Shown here: piece after piece, positions 27,401 to 37,468 of the stretch
Position numbering within the stretch: the first letter of the stretch is position 1
Layout of the letters: each line of letters starts with the position of its first letter
DNA from: Candidatus Eiseniibacteriota bacterium
Lineage (GTDB): Bacteria; Eisenbacteria; RBG-16-71-46; CAIMUX01; VGJL01
Assembly (NCBI GenBank): GCA_034679345.1
Contig: JAXDAY010000010.1
Coordinates: 12,390-76,389, forward strand
Direction of reading: 5' to 3'
DNA length: 64,000 bases
The notes under the pieces: generated by a model
What the model was told of the DNA's origin: nothing
Seen by the model: only the letters and a program-made list of their open reading frames with translations
Databases searched by the model: none
Made by a program: the position numbers and the translations under genes

Positions 27401-30400
27401 GAGGTAAGTCAACGGATTCTCGCCGTGCGGATCCTGATCGGGGTCGAACGCCACGACCCGAGCCGTCGGCGGGATGTTGTCGCGAATGATGACATTGACG
27501 TTTCCGCTGGTCGCCGCGTTGCCGCACTCGTCGATCGCGGTGACCCGCAGCAGGTACTCGCCGTCCACCACCAGGCCGGTCGTGTTCCAGAGAACCGAAC
27601 CGGTCACGGCGGAAGGATCATCGAGATCCGCCGGGTCGAAGACGATCGTCCCAAGGTCGCGCCAGATATCGCCATCCGGCTCATCGTCCTTGTTCAGATC
27701 CTCGGCGACCTGGAACTGCATCTGCGTGACGAACGTCTCGTGGCCGAGCGGAGCGTTCGGGATGTTGGCCTCGTCGTCCGAAGCCGTCGCCCAGATCTCC
27801 ACCTCGAGGCCGCGCGTGACTTCCGTCACCTGCCCGAAGTCGATCGGATCCTGAGTCGGATCGTCGACCGCGAGCTTGATGTTGGTGATGTTCACCGGAT
27901 CCGGAGCCGTCGTATCGAGCGTGTTCTTCCAGGAGTAGATCACGTTCGCGTTGCCGGCGACGTCCATGACCCTGACGCGCAGGTCGATCAGCTCGCCCAG
28001 CGCATCGAAGTCGGGATTCGGCTTGCAGCCATCCTCGTCGAACTCCATCGCGTCGAAGTCCATGGTCTTCGACAGGGTGTTCAGAGCGTCGTCGTAGAGG
28101 TAATCCTCCGAGACGCCGCAGGGACGCCACAGAGTCGAATCCTCGTACGACCACTTCCACTCGAACACTGCGTCGAACACGTCGTCGTGCTGGACATCGC
28201 CGTTCTCGTAGGTCTGGCCACGATCGGTGATCTGAGCGATCAGATCGAAGATCCGGTGGCCGTTGCGCTCGTCGATCTCCGCATCGCACCACTTCGAAGT
28301 CGCCTCCGTCGGGTGGAGCAGAGCAAACGGCGGGGCGGTCCAGTCGACGAAGACCAGGATCTTCGCCGCCGCATCGAACGGTTCGGTGTTGCCCGCGTCG
28401 TCGGCGCCGAGAGCCGCGACCTCGTACCAGGTCTGGTCATCGAGGGTCGTCAGATCCCACGGACCGGTGAGCCGCCAGGTGAACCGATCCACCTGCTCGG
28501 TGACCGCATCGATGAGGGTCGGCGTGTCCGCCGTCCCCAGCTTGCGGTAGACGAAGTTCACGTAGCTGAGATCGAGGTGACCCGTCAGCAGCTTCGCGTT
28601 GATGTGTTCGATCGACGAGGCGTGAAGCGCCGTCGGGTTCATGATCTGTTCGGTATCGCCGAAGGTGCGCTGCACCTCGGTGATCGTCATGTGAGGCGGG
28701 ATCGTGTCGATGATCTCGAAGGTGAGGCCGCGGCCTTCGGTCAGGTTCGTCACCTGATCGGTCGCGTTGCCGACCTCGTCCTCGACGAGCGTCGAGAAGT
28801 CGTACTGCTCACCGACCTGAAGCGGGAGCGGCCAATCGACGTCATCGGGGTTCTCGAGACCCACCGAACCAAGATCCAGGTTGAAGCTGTAAGGACGAGT
28901 GTGGTCCGGGTTGATGTCGCCGTCCGTGGCGCTCCAGTCCTCGTCGAACGAGTGGTAGGAGCCCGGGAAGTTGACATCACGCGTCCTCTTGAAGAAGAAC
29001 TCGACCGTGTCGTCCTCGTTCGCAGGATCCGTGGAGGCCAGGAACGTGACCACCTCGTTGCGCTGGATCCGATCGGCATCGGGATCCGCGGTCAACGTGG
29101 CGGTCGGAGCATCCATGTCGACCTTGATGATCGCCGTGGTCGTCTGCCCGACCTCTTCCACGTTACCGGCCTCGTCGGTCGCCTTTGCGGAGAGCTTGTA
29201 CCAGCCGCTCCACTTGAGGCTGCCATCGAGGTTCGTCTCCGTGAGATCCCAGTACAGGTGCCACAGGTAGTAGTAGTTCCCGCCGTTCGGGTACTCGTCC
29301 TTGCCGATGGTCACCGGATCGCCGATCGCCTGGCCCTGCTCGTCCACCGGGGTGGCGAAGAACTCGACGAACTCGATTCCGTCGTCACCGTCCGGTAGCG
29401 GCGGGCCTGGGATCTCCTGATCCCCGCCGTTGAAGTCGTCGCCGAAGCGCGTCCTGGCAACGATCGTGACCAACCGGGCGACCTTCATCTTGTTCATGAG
29501 GTCGTTGTTCCCGAGGAAGCCCTCGTTGACATCGCGCGGCCAGGTGTTCTTCCACATACCGATGACCTCGTCGGACTCGGTCTCGTCGGGGATGTTCGCC
29601 CCGCCGGCCGTGCTCAGGACGAAGTCGGAGTAGTAGTCGTAGTCATCCTCGGTGTCCGAGGGATCGCTGCCATCGCGGTCGACCCAGACGTAGGTGTTCG
29701 CATCCTCGCTGGCATCCTCGGTGTCGAAGGCGAAGACCTTCGCCTCGACGTCGATGATCTTGGTAGCGACCGGCGGGTTCTCGTCGCGCACGACGTAGTC
29801 CGCGGCCTTCCAGTCGAGAGCGTTGCCGGCCGGATCGATGGCCATCACCCACACCTCGATCGGTGTGTCGTGGAAGACCTCGGTCGGCCAGACCCACGAA
29901 GCGTCGAACAGCCACTGGCAGTTCGGCGTGTCCAGGGTGCCCTCGACCGTGTCGTCCGGTCCGAGGCCGCCCTCAGGCGTCGAGGCGATGACGTACTTCG
30001 TCTCGTCGCCGGCCAGCTTGAAGTAGAGCTGAACGTGCCGCACGTCGGTGATGGCGTCCTGGAGAACGACGTGGAAGTCGACGTTCTCACCCGGCGCGAT
30101 CTCCCCGTATGGCTGGTTGTCGCTGAAGTCCCACAGCGTCGGATCGCTGAAATCGACCGCGGCGGTGACGTAGGCCGGATCGGCCTGGTTCGCGTTCGTG
30201 TTACACGCCGCGTCGGTGGCGAGAACGCGCCACTCCAGCACCCCCTCCGGGATGCCCAAGCCGGCCGCGTTGTCGGCGAAGTCCTCGATGTGCGCGATCC
30301 ACTGCTTGTGTCCGGCGACCTCGGGCGGCCCCGGCGCGTAGTGGAACTCGATCGCGACGTCGTTCCAGTCCAGGGTCCCCGGGAGGCGCCACTGGAGCGT

Positions 30401-33400
30401 GAGGACGTCGATCATGTCATCCGCCGGCGTGTAGACGTAGAACTCGACATCGCCCGTATACGGATCCGGAGCGATGACCGGGGACTCGTGGTCCACGACG
30501 CCGTCGTTGAAGTACATCGCGAGATTCACGAACGGACGACCGCCCTCCGGACCGTAGACGACGGCCGGGGCTTCGCGATCGACCTGGATGTTGGAATGGA
30601 CCGAGGTCGTCCGGTTCCCGTCCGCATCCAGCGCCTCAGCCCACAGCTGGTAGAGGCCGTCCTGGTAGCGACCGTCGGGACCGTTGTCGGTGTCCCACTC
30701 CAAGACGAAGAACGCGGTGTTCGCGCCAGGCGTGTAGTCCCCGCGGCAATCCAGCGGGATGTCGCCGAAAGCGATGTCATCGGCGCGACCGAGGATGACC
30801 GCCTCGCCGCCGTCCGGCTGGAGCATGATGTCGACGCCCACCAGGTCCTCGAGCTCGAGGGCGCTGCCGGCCGTGACCATGCCGTAGAGGGTGACCACGC
30901 GGTTCGCGTAGCCCGTCTCGTCGGTCAGACGGTCGCAACCGCAGAGCTCGGTGTTCATCCACATCAGGAATGCGCCGGGCGCCGTCTGATCGTCGACGAT
31001 CACCACCACCTCATCGGCGTGCAGATCGTCCTCGATCGTCGTGTTGCCCGCGACATCCGTGGCAAGCATCCGGAAGCGGAGGTAGGTGTCCTCGCGCGTC
31101 CCGAGCCAGTTCGTGTCGAAGTCGACGTTGAAGGTGACTTGCCCCTCCTCGGTCGGCTCGATCCGGTTCAGGTCCGTGTTGTCGTTCGGAGTCGGATCGA
31201 TCTCGATCCAGTCCGCGTCTTCGAAGCGGTACTCGAAGACGACGTAGTCGATGGCGCTGGCCGGCGACTCAGGCGTCGCATGGTCGTCCGCCGTGCCGGT
31301 GACCTGGATCACATCTCCGAAGAGGAACGTGTCGCCGTCGTGCGGGTTGTTGATCATCGTCGTCGGCGCGTAGCCGTCGTAGATCAACGCCGGCTCGAGC
31401 ATCGCGTAGACCGGGTTACCGGAACCCGGGAAGAGGTCGTCCGTCGGATCGCCGCCGTAGCCGGCGTCGTCGAAGACGACCGCGCGGACGGGCAGGACCG
31501 AGACGATCTCGTCCGGGTCGGCCGGAAGATCGACCTCGCCGTCGCCGTCGTTGTCGTATCCGTCGCTCTCGGGCGGATCGAATCCAGCGCCGCCGAAGTG
31601 AAGAACGCCGGACCAGCCGTCCGCGGGGTCACGATCGATGGCGAAGGTGAGCCACTCGTCCGGGGTGCCGTCGTCGTTCTTGTTCGGGCTGTACTGGAAG
31701 ACCACCGTCCGGGTCGTGATGACGTTGATGTCGGGACCGTCCGTCGATTCGAGGTGGACGGTGATCTCCGACTCGGCGCCGGGCATGACGCCGCCATTGT
31801 CTGCCCAGAAGTTGGAGACGATGGGGGCATCCTTGTCATACATGAACATGATCGGTCCCTGCGGAGCATCGCTGCCATCCGACAGGTTCGTTCCGACCAT
31901 GCCCTTGTTGTCGGTGACCGTCACGAGGACCCGATAGGCGTCGGACTCGAGGACGGAGGTGTCGAACATGTAGTAGTAGAACTCGTCGGGCAGCGCGATC
32001 AGCGATGTCGTTCCCTGACCGCCGCTGCTGTTCCGCCGGTCCGCGTAGTTCCCGTCGTCGTCACCGATCTTGTCGATGAAGAACCGGTACTCGTAGACCG
32101 TTCCCGGCATGAATCCGTCGTAGATCACCTGGTAGTAGTCCGGGTGCCCGACATTGCTCATCGGCAACGACGTGTAGTCGACGGCGCCTTCCTCACGGAT
32201 CCAGAGGGCGACGTTCTCGATCTCGTCGCTCCGGACCTCGTAGTAGTCGGCGACGTACATCGTCAGAGCCATCGAGAGAGCCTTGTCGCCGGAGTAGAAG
32301 TCATTGACGACATCCAGCAGGACCGTCGAGAACGGATCGCTCTCGAAGGCCTGGTAGAAGTCGAGCTTGACCTCGGTGATCTCGGCCGTGGCGTCGGTCG
32401 TCGAGGCGGTCACGAAGACGTCGTTCTCGACGCCGCTTCCCTTGTGCTCGGGCGTGCCGGCGGGAGCGAGACCGAACGGGTTGCCCGGCCAACCGAGCTC
32501 CGGCGCTGCCGGAGGCTCCTGCTGCGGGTAACCCCACTCGTCGCCCTGCTCGTAATCGAGACCGTAGAGATGAACGATCGGGCGGGCGACCTCGCGAAGG
32601 ATCACATGATTCCCCTCGCTGATGATCGGCTCCACGAGATCGCACACGCTCGTATCCTCGTACCAGCCCGAGCCGTCGAGGTCCATCAGACCGACGGCGA
32701 CCAGGTCATAGGCGTTCGCGCCGCTCCAATCGAGCGTTCCCATGTCTCCGTCCGGGTTTTCCGGATCGGGGACGCCGCCCTCGGGACCTTCCGCCCACTC
32801 GACCGTGAAGGGCTCGACGTCATCGCCGGCCGCGATCAGCAACCAGCCGTCGCTGTAGGCGCCGGGGTACTGAATCGCGTCCGGAGGAACGCCGGTGCCC
32901 ATGAAGTTGTAGCTGACCGTGATTTCCGCATCCGCATCCGGGGCGACCGCGAAGGTGATGAACGTGTCGCCCGCCGAGGCGGTGTAGTCGACTCCGCTGA
33001 CGAGCTCCACGCCGCCGATGCAGACCACGACGCCCGCTCCCCTCTGATCGAGGATCGGCTTCTCGAGGGCCAGCATCAGGTTCGCGTCCACATCCGAGCC
33101 CGCGTAAGAGGTGTTCTGGATGCGCGGCGCGAAGTAGAACCGCACCTGAGCGACATTGTCGAAGTCGGGATCAACCTCGCCCACGATCGTCCTGCCGTCG
33201 CCGATGTTCAGGACCGTCTCGCTCGGCAGACAGAGGTCGTCGGGCTTCACGGGATCGATCACGTAGGCGAGATCCTCGCCCGCCCACTGGTTGAAACCGA
33301 ACCCGTACGGGTAGACGGGGATCCAGGAGTAGTTGCCGATGCCGTCGATCGCCTCGGCGAAGAACTGGTAGTTCCCGTCTGTGAGATCCAACCCCTGCTC

Positions 33401-36400
33401 GTGGACCGTCCACCGGAAGTTGTACGGGTAGTCCCGATCCGGATAGGAGTCCCAAGGGGTGTCGTCCGGGAAGGTGTCCATCTGAGCCGCGGAGAGCAGC
33501 TTCCAGCCCGGCCGATCCGTCGTGCAGGCGGGATTCGGGCGGTACCACAGCCGCACCCACTCGATCTCATCGGAGTCTTCCGCCGTCACGTGGACGAGGA
33601 AGGTGCGCGAGGTGGCCGGATTCTCATCGGGTCCGAGGACCTGATAAGGATCGCCGTCGGAGACGGGGTGGAACACGTCCACAACCTCGTCGTCCTCGGT
33701 CTCGACGCGCACCGGGCCCGTCATGATCGGCGGGGTCCAGTCGCGGAAGAGGATCGACTCGAAGTCGGTGCCGGTCAGATCCGACTCGGGGCACTCGCGC
33801 GAACTCTCGACCGTCGCTGTGAGATCGCAGAGCTGGCTGCCCGCGACCGCGTAACCGGCGAGGTCGTAGTACGCGAAGTACGGCTCGACGGAGTCTGCCT
33901 GGTTGACCGAGTCCTGGTCGTCGACCGTCTGGCCGTCGTTGTCCCAGTCGCCGACGACCCAGTCGATGCCGTCCCAGTAGACGTCCTCGCGAACGAGTGG
34001 AACGAGGAGCTGCCCTTCCGGAGTGTCGACGAACGGCGCGTTGCGCCCGGCGTCCAGCACCTCGTCGATGCCCGGATCGTAGAGCCAGTTCTCGTTGACG
34101 TCGCGGATCCGCTCGTCATCGAGATACGGCGCGTAGCTCCTCTGATTGAGGAACTCGCTGCGCGTATCGCGGACGGGGTCGTCCCGATACTGGAAGCCGG
34201 GCAGACCGTTCAGATCGGCGTAGGAGTCGCCGTCCGGGTTCGGCCCGATGACCTCATTGGGCTCGCCCGTGAACGTGGCCGTGAAGACGATGTTCTCGAT
34301 CTCTTCGCCCGCCGGGACGGCCCGCACGCGGAAGAACCGCGCGTTCTTCGGCATCTCATCGATATCCGGCGGCGTGGTGTCCAGGTCGAGCGTGACGATG
34401 TCGTAGCTCCAAGTGTCGTTGGAGGGATCGCCGTCGCCCTGGTCGTCATAGAGCGGCACGAAGGCCTCGACGACCGTCAGGTCGACATCGACCTCGGAGC
34501 AGTTGACGGTGACGATCTGAAGCTCGAGCGGGTTCCAGTTGTCCGGGTCGTACTGATGCTCCTGGATCTGGTCTTCCTCGCCGGAGCGGGTGATGGCGAT
34601 CGTGCGGACGATGTAGTCGCCATCGCTCTGCGTCTCGTCGCCGCACGGATCCCAGTCGATCTTCCACAGATTCAGCCCGATGAGGGCCGGATCGAGGTCG
34701 TCGCCGTAATCCGTGTAGTTCTCGCGGTTCTCGCGGAAGATATAGTCGGACGGGTCAAGATTCTCCCAGTCGTTGGGAGTCCCGTCGCAATCGTCCGCCT
34801 GCTCGGCCCAGTAGTAGGCCGGGTTGGCGTTCGAATCGTCGTCGTAGGTCGTGAACCGGGTGAGCGGAACGCCGTCGGGGATGTTCTCGCTGTAGGTGTC
34901 CGACCCGATGACGACGATGTCGATTCCCTCGTCATAGACGTCGTTCTCGTTCACGTCCTCGATGACCGCGTCCCTCGAGGAGTAGACCGGGAAGCCGACG
35001 ATGTAGTCGTTGTCGGCGTTGTAGTAGGAGTACCAGCGGTCGTCCGGCCCATACGAGAAGAACCGGCTGGCGCCGCCATAGGCCGCCTCGAGGAAAGCGA
35101 GGTCGTCGCGGCAGCCGTTGTCGGAGTTGAACCGGTAGATGAGCTGGTCGCCGCGCTCGCCGATCGCGTCAGGATCGGATCCGCCGACGGTGCCGATCGT
35201 CTCCCAGACCTCTCCGGCATCGAGATCGTTGCCGTTGACGACGATCTCCTTCAACCGCTCGAACCGGACCCGGTCCGGGTCGAGGCCGTTGCAGCCATGG
35301 ATGTAGTGGAGGCCGTAGAGCTTCAGCTGCCCCTCGAGAGCGGGAGGAGAGGAGCAGTAGACCGGCTCGATATAGACGCGGCAGGGGAAGAAGTCCTGTC
35401 CGGGGTAGAGCCACTCCCACGCGGTCTCCTCCGGGTTGATCGTCTCGATGCGGCCGACGTTCCCTTGCCAGTCCGCGGCCGCCAGCAGGAACGCCAGCTC
35501 GCTCGGCGAGGTGATCTCGTCACCTTCCACCGTCTGCCAGATCGTCCCGTTGGGCGGGGGCGGAACATTCCCGTACGGGGGAAGCCCGTCTCCCACATAG
35601 ATGCTCAGCCCGATCCGATGCGGAGAGTTCACTCCGTCGATCTGACGGGGCCTCATGTTCCCGAGCGCGATGGCCCTGTCCAGATAGGTGGCCATCTTCG
35701 TCTTGTCCCAGCTACCCTCGTTTCCGCGAAGCACGGGGTAGAGGAAGTACTGGTCGCCGTCGTCGATCCCCGACTCGTAGAACCGGAGATAGGCGGTGTA
35801 GGTCTGGTTGGGCTCATCGAAGGTCCAACCATCCTCGCCGGAGACCCAGTCGTTGGTCAGCGTGACCAGGCGAGGGCGGCTCTCCTCCATCACCGGGGTC
35901 CAGAATAGGTTGGCGTCATAGTAGGAGTTGCCGTCGACGTCCTGCAGGTCCGTGCCCCCCTCCACCGGCTCGGCGAACCGGATCCGGCAGCCCTGCTCGT
36001 ACGGATCGGCGCTCTCGCTGAAGTCCCGGATGATGATGACCGGGAAGTTGTCGCCGTCCGGCGGCTGATAGTCCACCACCTCGTTACCGCCGAAGGCGAA
36101 TCCCTGGAGATCGAAGTTCTGGGTGATGTCCAGGGTCCCGTCGTCGATCTGGGCCGCCTGAGCGGGAAGGATCGGCAGCGACAGGTAGATGTAGAGCGCA
36201 TCGTTGGAGAGATCATCGTTGTCGGGGTCGCTGGGATCCTTGTTCTCGTCGTACGAGGACCGCACGATGCCGCCGCCGACATGGATGCTGATCGTATCGT
36301 CGGGGACCGCCAGTTGACCTTGGTAATCCTCGAAGAACTGCGCGGATCCTGGAATCGTCACCCCGACGTCGTCGATGTTGACGTCGTTGATGCTGAAGTT

Positions 36401-37468
36401 CCGCACACGGACGATGTTCGACCAGAACGTCGAGTACCAGTTCTCGGTCACGCCGCCGAGGATCGCTCCCGCCGGATTCGACGTGAACCAGTTGTCGAAC
36501 GGACCGCCTGCGTTCTTCGTGGTGACCATCTGGTCGAACACGCCGACCAGCACGTCGAGGTTCGCGTGGTAGTACATGGCGTGGAACAGCGGCCCGCCGC
36601 CATCGTTGGTCGTCTCGACGTAGGTTTCCACGTTCTGGAGCTTCGGGCTCCTCGGATCGTCCTCCCAGACCAAGTAGCCGTCGTCGAGGTGCAGATTCAT
36701 GACGCCCGGCTGCATGTAGAGGAAGTCGTTCCCCGAGCTGCGGCTCAGATCGAGGACGTTCGTATTGATGCCAGCGCCCGTGAGGGTGGCTTCGTTGAAC
36801 TCGATGGTCCCGCCGAAGGCGCCGTTCCAGTTGACGCCGGTCGCCCACACCACGTCGGCGTCGAAGGTGACGAGGACATGGTTGTCGTTGGGGCCGTCGT
36901 CGACCGAGAGATCGTTCGCGATGCCGGTGATCTCGACCCGCGTGATCACGGGGCCGTCGCCGACGATGAGAGTCGAGACGTCGATGCTGTCATAGCCGGT
37001 GAGGTCTCTGACCTCTCCCGCCTTGAGCGCGATCTCCTCGATCGCACCGTCCTCGAACTGGGCGTCGACGAGCCCGTTGGGGAAGGTGAGATAGAGAACG
37101 TTGTCCCCGTCGTTGCTGCCGTAACCCATCTCGGTGAGGTCCATGGTCTCCGAGACGAAGTCGTCGTCGGGAGTCCCGGTGTCCTCTCCGATCATCGCCG
37201 GATCGATGGCCTCGTTGAAGACCAGCACGACCCGCGGCCCGGTTGGGTTAAACGTCGTGGCAACTAGATACGGCGCACCGCTCACCGGGGTCTCTTGCGG
37301 TGGCAAGAGGCTTGTCCCAAAGCTGGTGGGATACGCCGGGTAGTTGATGACCGTGTTCTCCGCCGGCGCAAGGTCACGGGTGTCGGCGTATGCCCCGTAG
37401 ACCGCACCGAGCAAGGTGAGCGCTAGGATAACCATGAAGACAGTGCTCCTGGTCCTGAATCCGCTCAT
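24419..37468 (-). CDS. Giant (~4349 aa) acidic secreted cell-surface protein: signal peptide, >15 Ig-like/cadherin-like modules, C-terminal T9SS-type / FlgD-Ig-like sorting domain
   Basis: ORF-track frame 24419..37744, uninterrupted. True start MSGFRTRSTVFMVILALTLLGAVYGAYA at 37468, preceded by AAGGAGGAAGAGGGTG. Recurrent module-start motifs DxxAPxx / DxxPPxx every ~200-300 aa (DKDAPIVSNF, DQTAPGAFLMW, DREAPAVVYGP, DMDAPTATLTADP, DTIPPHMTITEV, DWTAPPFALLHP, DTTAPDPVNITNI, DNIPPTARVVAF, DLTAPIVEFHGG). Extreme D/E excess with few K/R. The C-terminal block is YTYPNPFDPADGDALIHFALSKTSDVTIKVYDFAGNYVTTL...GIYWGGTASDGTKLANGAYIVRVTASDG. Confidence 0.85.
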   Translation of the reverse strand: MSGFRTRSTVFMVILALTLLGAVYGAYADTRDLAPAENTVINYPAYPTSFGTSLLPPQETPVSGAPYLVATTFNPTGPRVVLVFNEAIDPAMIGEDTGTPDDDFVSETMDLTEMGYGSNDGDNVLYLTFPNGLVDAQFEDGAIEEIALKAGEVRDLTGYDSIDVSTLIVGDGPVITRVEITGIANDLSVDDGPNDNHVLVTFDADVVWATGVNWNGAFGGTIEFNEATLTGAGINTNVLDLSRSSGNDFLYMQPGVMNLHLDDGYLVWEDDPRSPKLQNVETYVETTNDGGGPLFHAMYYHANLDVLVGVFDQMVTTKNAGGPFDNWFTSNPAGAILGGVTENWYSTFWSNIVRVRNFSINDVNIDDVGVTIPGSAQFFEDYQGQLAVPDDTISIHVGGGIVRSSYDENKDPSDPDNDDLSNDALYIYLSLPILPAQAAQIDDGTLDITQNFDLQGFAFGGNEVVDYQPPDGDNFPVIIIRDFSESADPYEQGCRIRFAEPVEGGTDLQDVDGNSYYDANLFWTPVMEESRPRLVTLTNDWVSGEDGWTFDEPNQTYTAYLRFYESGIDDGDQYFLYPVLRGNEGSWDKTKMATYLDRAIALGNMRPRQIDGVNSPHRIGLSIYVGDGLPPYGNVPPPPNGTIWQTVEGDEITSPSELAFLLAAADWQGNVGRIETINPEETAWEWLYPGQDFFPCRVYIEPVYCSSPPALEGQLKLYGLHYIHGCNGLDPDRVRFERLKEIVVNGNDLDAGEVWETIGTVGGSDPDAIGERGDQLIYRFNSDNGCRDDLAFLEAAYGGASRFFSYGPDDRWYSYYNADNDYIVGFPVYSSRDAVIEDVNENDVYDEGIDIVVIGSDTYSENIPDGVPLTRFTTYDDDSNANPAYYWAEQADDCDGTPNDWENLDPSDYIFRENRENYTDYGDDLDPALIGLNLWKIDWDPCGDETQSDGDYIVRTIAITRSGEEDQIQEHQYDPDNWNPLELQIVTVNCSEVDVDLTVVEAFVPLYDDQGDGDPSNDTWSYDIVTLDLDTTPPDIDEMPKNARFFRVRAVPAGEEIENIVFTATFTGEPNEVIGPNPDGDSYADLNGLPGFQYRDDPVRDTRSEFLNQRSYAPYLDDERIRDVNENWLYDPGIDEVLDAGRNAPFVDTPEGQLLVPLVREDVYWDGIDWVVGDWDNDGQTVDDQDSVNQADSVEPYFAYYDLAGYAVAGSQLCDLTATVESSRECPESDLTGTDFESILFRDWTPPIMTGPVRVETEDDEVVDVFHPVSDGDPYQVLGPDENPATSRTFLVHVTAEDSDEIEWVRLWYRPNPACTTDRPGWKLLSAAQMDTFPDDTPWDSYPDRDYPYNFRWTVHEQGLDLTDGNYQFFAEAIDGIGNYSWIPVYPYGFGFNQWAGEDLAYVIDPVKPDDLCLPSETVLNIGDGRTIVGEVDPDFDNVAQVRFYFAPRIQNTSYAGSDVDANLMLALEKPILDQRGAGVVVCIGGVELVSGVDYTASAGDTFITFAVAPDADAEITVSYNFMGTGVPPDAIQYPGAYSDGWLLIAAGDDVEPFTVEWAEGPEGGVPDPENPDGDMGTLDWSGANAYDLVAVGLMDLDGSGWYEDTSVCDLVEPIISEGNHVILREVARPIVHLYGLDYEQGDEWGYPQQEPPAAPELGWPGNPFGLAPAGTPEHKGSGVENDVFVTASTTDATAEITEVKLDFYQAFESDPFSTVLLDVVNDFYSGDKALSMALTMYVADYYEVRSDEIENVALWIREEGAVDYTSLPMSNVGHPDYYQVIYDGFMPGTVYEYRFFIDKIGDDDGNYADRRNSSGGQGTTSLIALPDEFYYYMFDTSVLESDAYRVLVTVTDNKGMVGTNLSDGSDAPQGPIMFMYDKDAPIVSNFWADNGGVMPGAESEITVHLESTDGPDINVITTRTVVFQYSPNKNDDGTPDEWLTFAIDRDPADGWSGVLHFGGAGFDPPESDGYDNDGDGEVDLPADPDEIVSVLPVRAVVFDDAGYGGDPTDDLFPGSGNPVYAMLEPALIYDGYAPTTMINNPHDGDTFLFGDVIQVTGTADDHATPESPASAIDYVVFEYRFEDADWIEIDPTPNDNTDLNRIEPTEEGQVTFNVDFDTNWLGTREDTYLRFRMLATDVAGNTTIEDDLHADEVVVIVDDQTAPGAFLMWMNTELCGCDRLTDETGYANRVVTLYGMVTAGSALELEDLVGVDIMLQPDGGEAVILGRADDIAFGDIPLDCRGDYTPGANTAFFVLEWDTDNGPDGRYQDGLYQLWAEALDADGNRTTSVHSNIQVDREAPAVVYGPEGGRPFVNLAMYFNDGVVDHESPVIAPDPYTGDVEFYVYTPADDMIDVLTLQWRLPGTLDWNDVAIEFHYAPGPPEVAGHKQWIAHIEDFADNAAGLGIPEGVLEWRVLATDAACNTNANQADPAYVTAAVDFSDPTLWDFSDNQPYGEIAPGENVDFHVVLQDAITDVRHVQLYFKLAGDETKYVIASTPEGGLGPDDTVEGTLDTPNCQWLFDASWVWPTEVFHDTPIEVWVMAIDPAGNALDWKAADYVVRDENPPVATKIIDVEAKVFAFDTEDASEDANTYVWVDRDGSDPSDTEDDYDYYSDFVLSTAGGANIPDETESDEVIGMWKNTWPRDVNEGFLGNNDLMNKMKVARLVTIVARTRFGDDFNGGDQEIPGPPLPDGDDGIEFVEFFATPVDEQGQAIGDPVTIGKDEYPNGGNYYYLWHLYWDLTETNLDGSLKWSGWYKLSAKATDEAGNVEEVGQTTTAIIKVDMDAPTATLTADPDADRIQRNEVVTFLASTDPANEDDTVEFFFKRTRDVNFPGSYHSFDEDWSATDGDINPDHTRPYSFNLDLGSVGLENPDDVDWPLPLQVGEQYDFSTLVEDEVGNATDQVTNLTEGRGLTFEIIDTIPPHMTITEVQRTFGDTEQIMNPTALHASSIEHINAKLLTGHLDLSYVNFVYRKLGTADTPTLIDAVTEQVDRFTWRLTGPWDLTTLDDQTWYEVAALGADDAGNTEPFDAAAKILVFVDWTAPPFALLHPTEATSKWCDAEIDERNGHRIFDLIAQITDRGQTYENGDVQHDDVFDAVFEWKWSYEDSTLWRPCGVSEDYLYDDALNTLSKTMDFDAMEFDEDGCKPNPDFDALGELIDLRVRVMDVAGNANVIYSWKNTLDTTAPDPVNITNIKLAVDDPTQDPIDFGQVTEVTRGLEVEIWATASDDEANIPNAPLGHETFVTQMQFQVAEDLNKDDEPDGDIWRDLGTIVFDPADLDDPSAVTGSVLWNTTGLVVDGEYLLRVTAIDECGNAATSGNVNVIIRDNIPPTARVVAFDPDQDPHGENPLTYLYIYALAESDPSIEDVLFQYDTIEGENDLDHEWVNIGFGEQVTGQHDYTTEVLWRTRIETTAFNFQEGALFWLRALAKDSDGNRYGDDPADVVPMMRAELIRLDDVNDPTEWPYDGAWTFRALRTAPPIVEDVSVQIESADENSEPQAILTVDMPNSTDRPRVVVLGESDNVVAPNDYWWIYSAGVPSDPENGQFGLVRSLDDPTVWRGRISLTETYDDEYPIDECLHFKVFVTGMQNPEWFIDEVTTAIHEFPVTTELGTNGTVVTQGYGDLYSQVTVVSGAWMEDDACLLVSETIAPQLSPEERVYLTPLKDTAWHIEVTKSQSEYYDDFREGYLPTIVIKYSDEALNAALAENEGVTEEMLTVRRWDYDYSDAEGIMNIRVNTEANEISFNVDNLSSINSDGTVFEVFAPKSGAPVFLANVTPHSAYLSNWVTDADPIFSFYLHDIGGQGIEASTVKVKVDDRDVATFYDVSDFAEDVIATWVWGAGGAHLMSANDDGNDGHSTIYELDYFHSPIQRDWLAEGDHTITVEYRTHGTDDLTSVTMPFTVDLTAPIVEFHGGWVSNPLLRNVHGYIAGDDAMLTVRMYDPLSGIFVRPERQEFIQDPDCDEIIDDVELFLEPFTDPVGGFECFNPIDWGIHYDLWRVDGEDEQLDIDEFEERELLHEGTADELLPYLEPPLYGAENIYDPSEELLVKLPIVGGGRIQDGDILEVTLYSQKTRTLLGEGPALQCDVVDTLVVGGETLYVLDGCWFDFLSQQRIIYQQGVLDQVRNSGSKYVEQRFIVDALAPECAIILPASVHDPNTPMVIEVTAADTGVGVGSSAEDLVVIIRGPDGEEIVPENEEWNNGHYTATIPAPLAVGDYTITVTARDRLGHTCSSTKTVRVEATMLTLTDVYTYPNPFDPADGDALIHFALSKTSDVTIKVYDFAGNYVTTLASHEQMTPSKLGGIYWGGTASDGTKLANGAYIVRVTASDGARTEEANLKVVLWRE

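Noticed and set aside
24578-35908. Very long plus-strand ORFs (24578..29398, 1606 aa; 29870..35908, 2012 aa) opposite the giant gene
   Set aside because: They are antisense to an uninterrupted 13-kb minus-strand frame that has an SD, a signal peptide and a recognisable C-terminal domain. Their translations are R/G/V/D-rich low-complexity strings with no domain-like segments. This is a typical high-GC antisense open frame.
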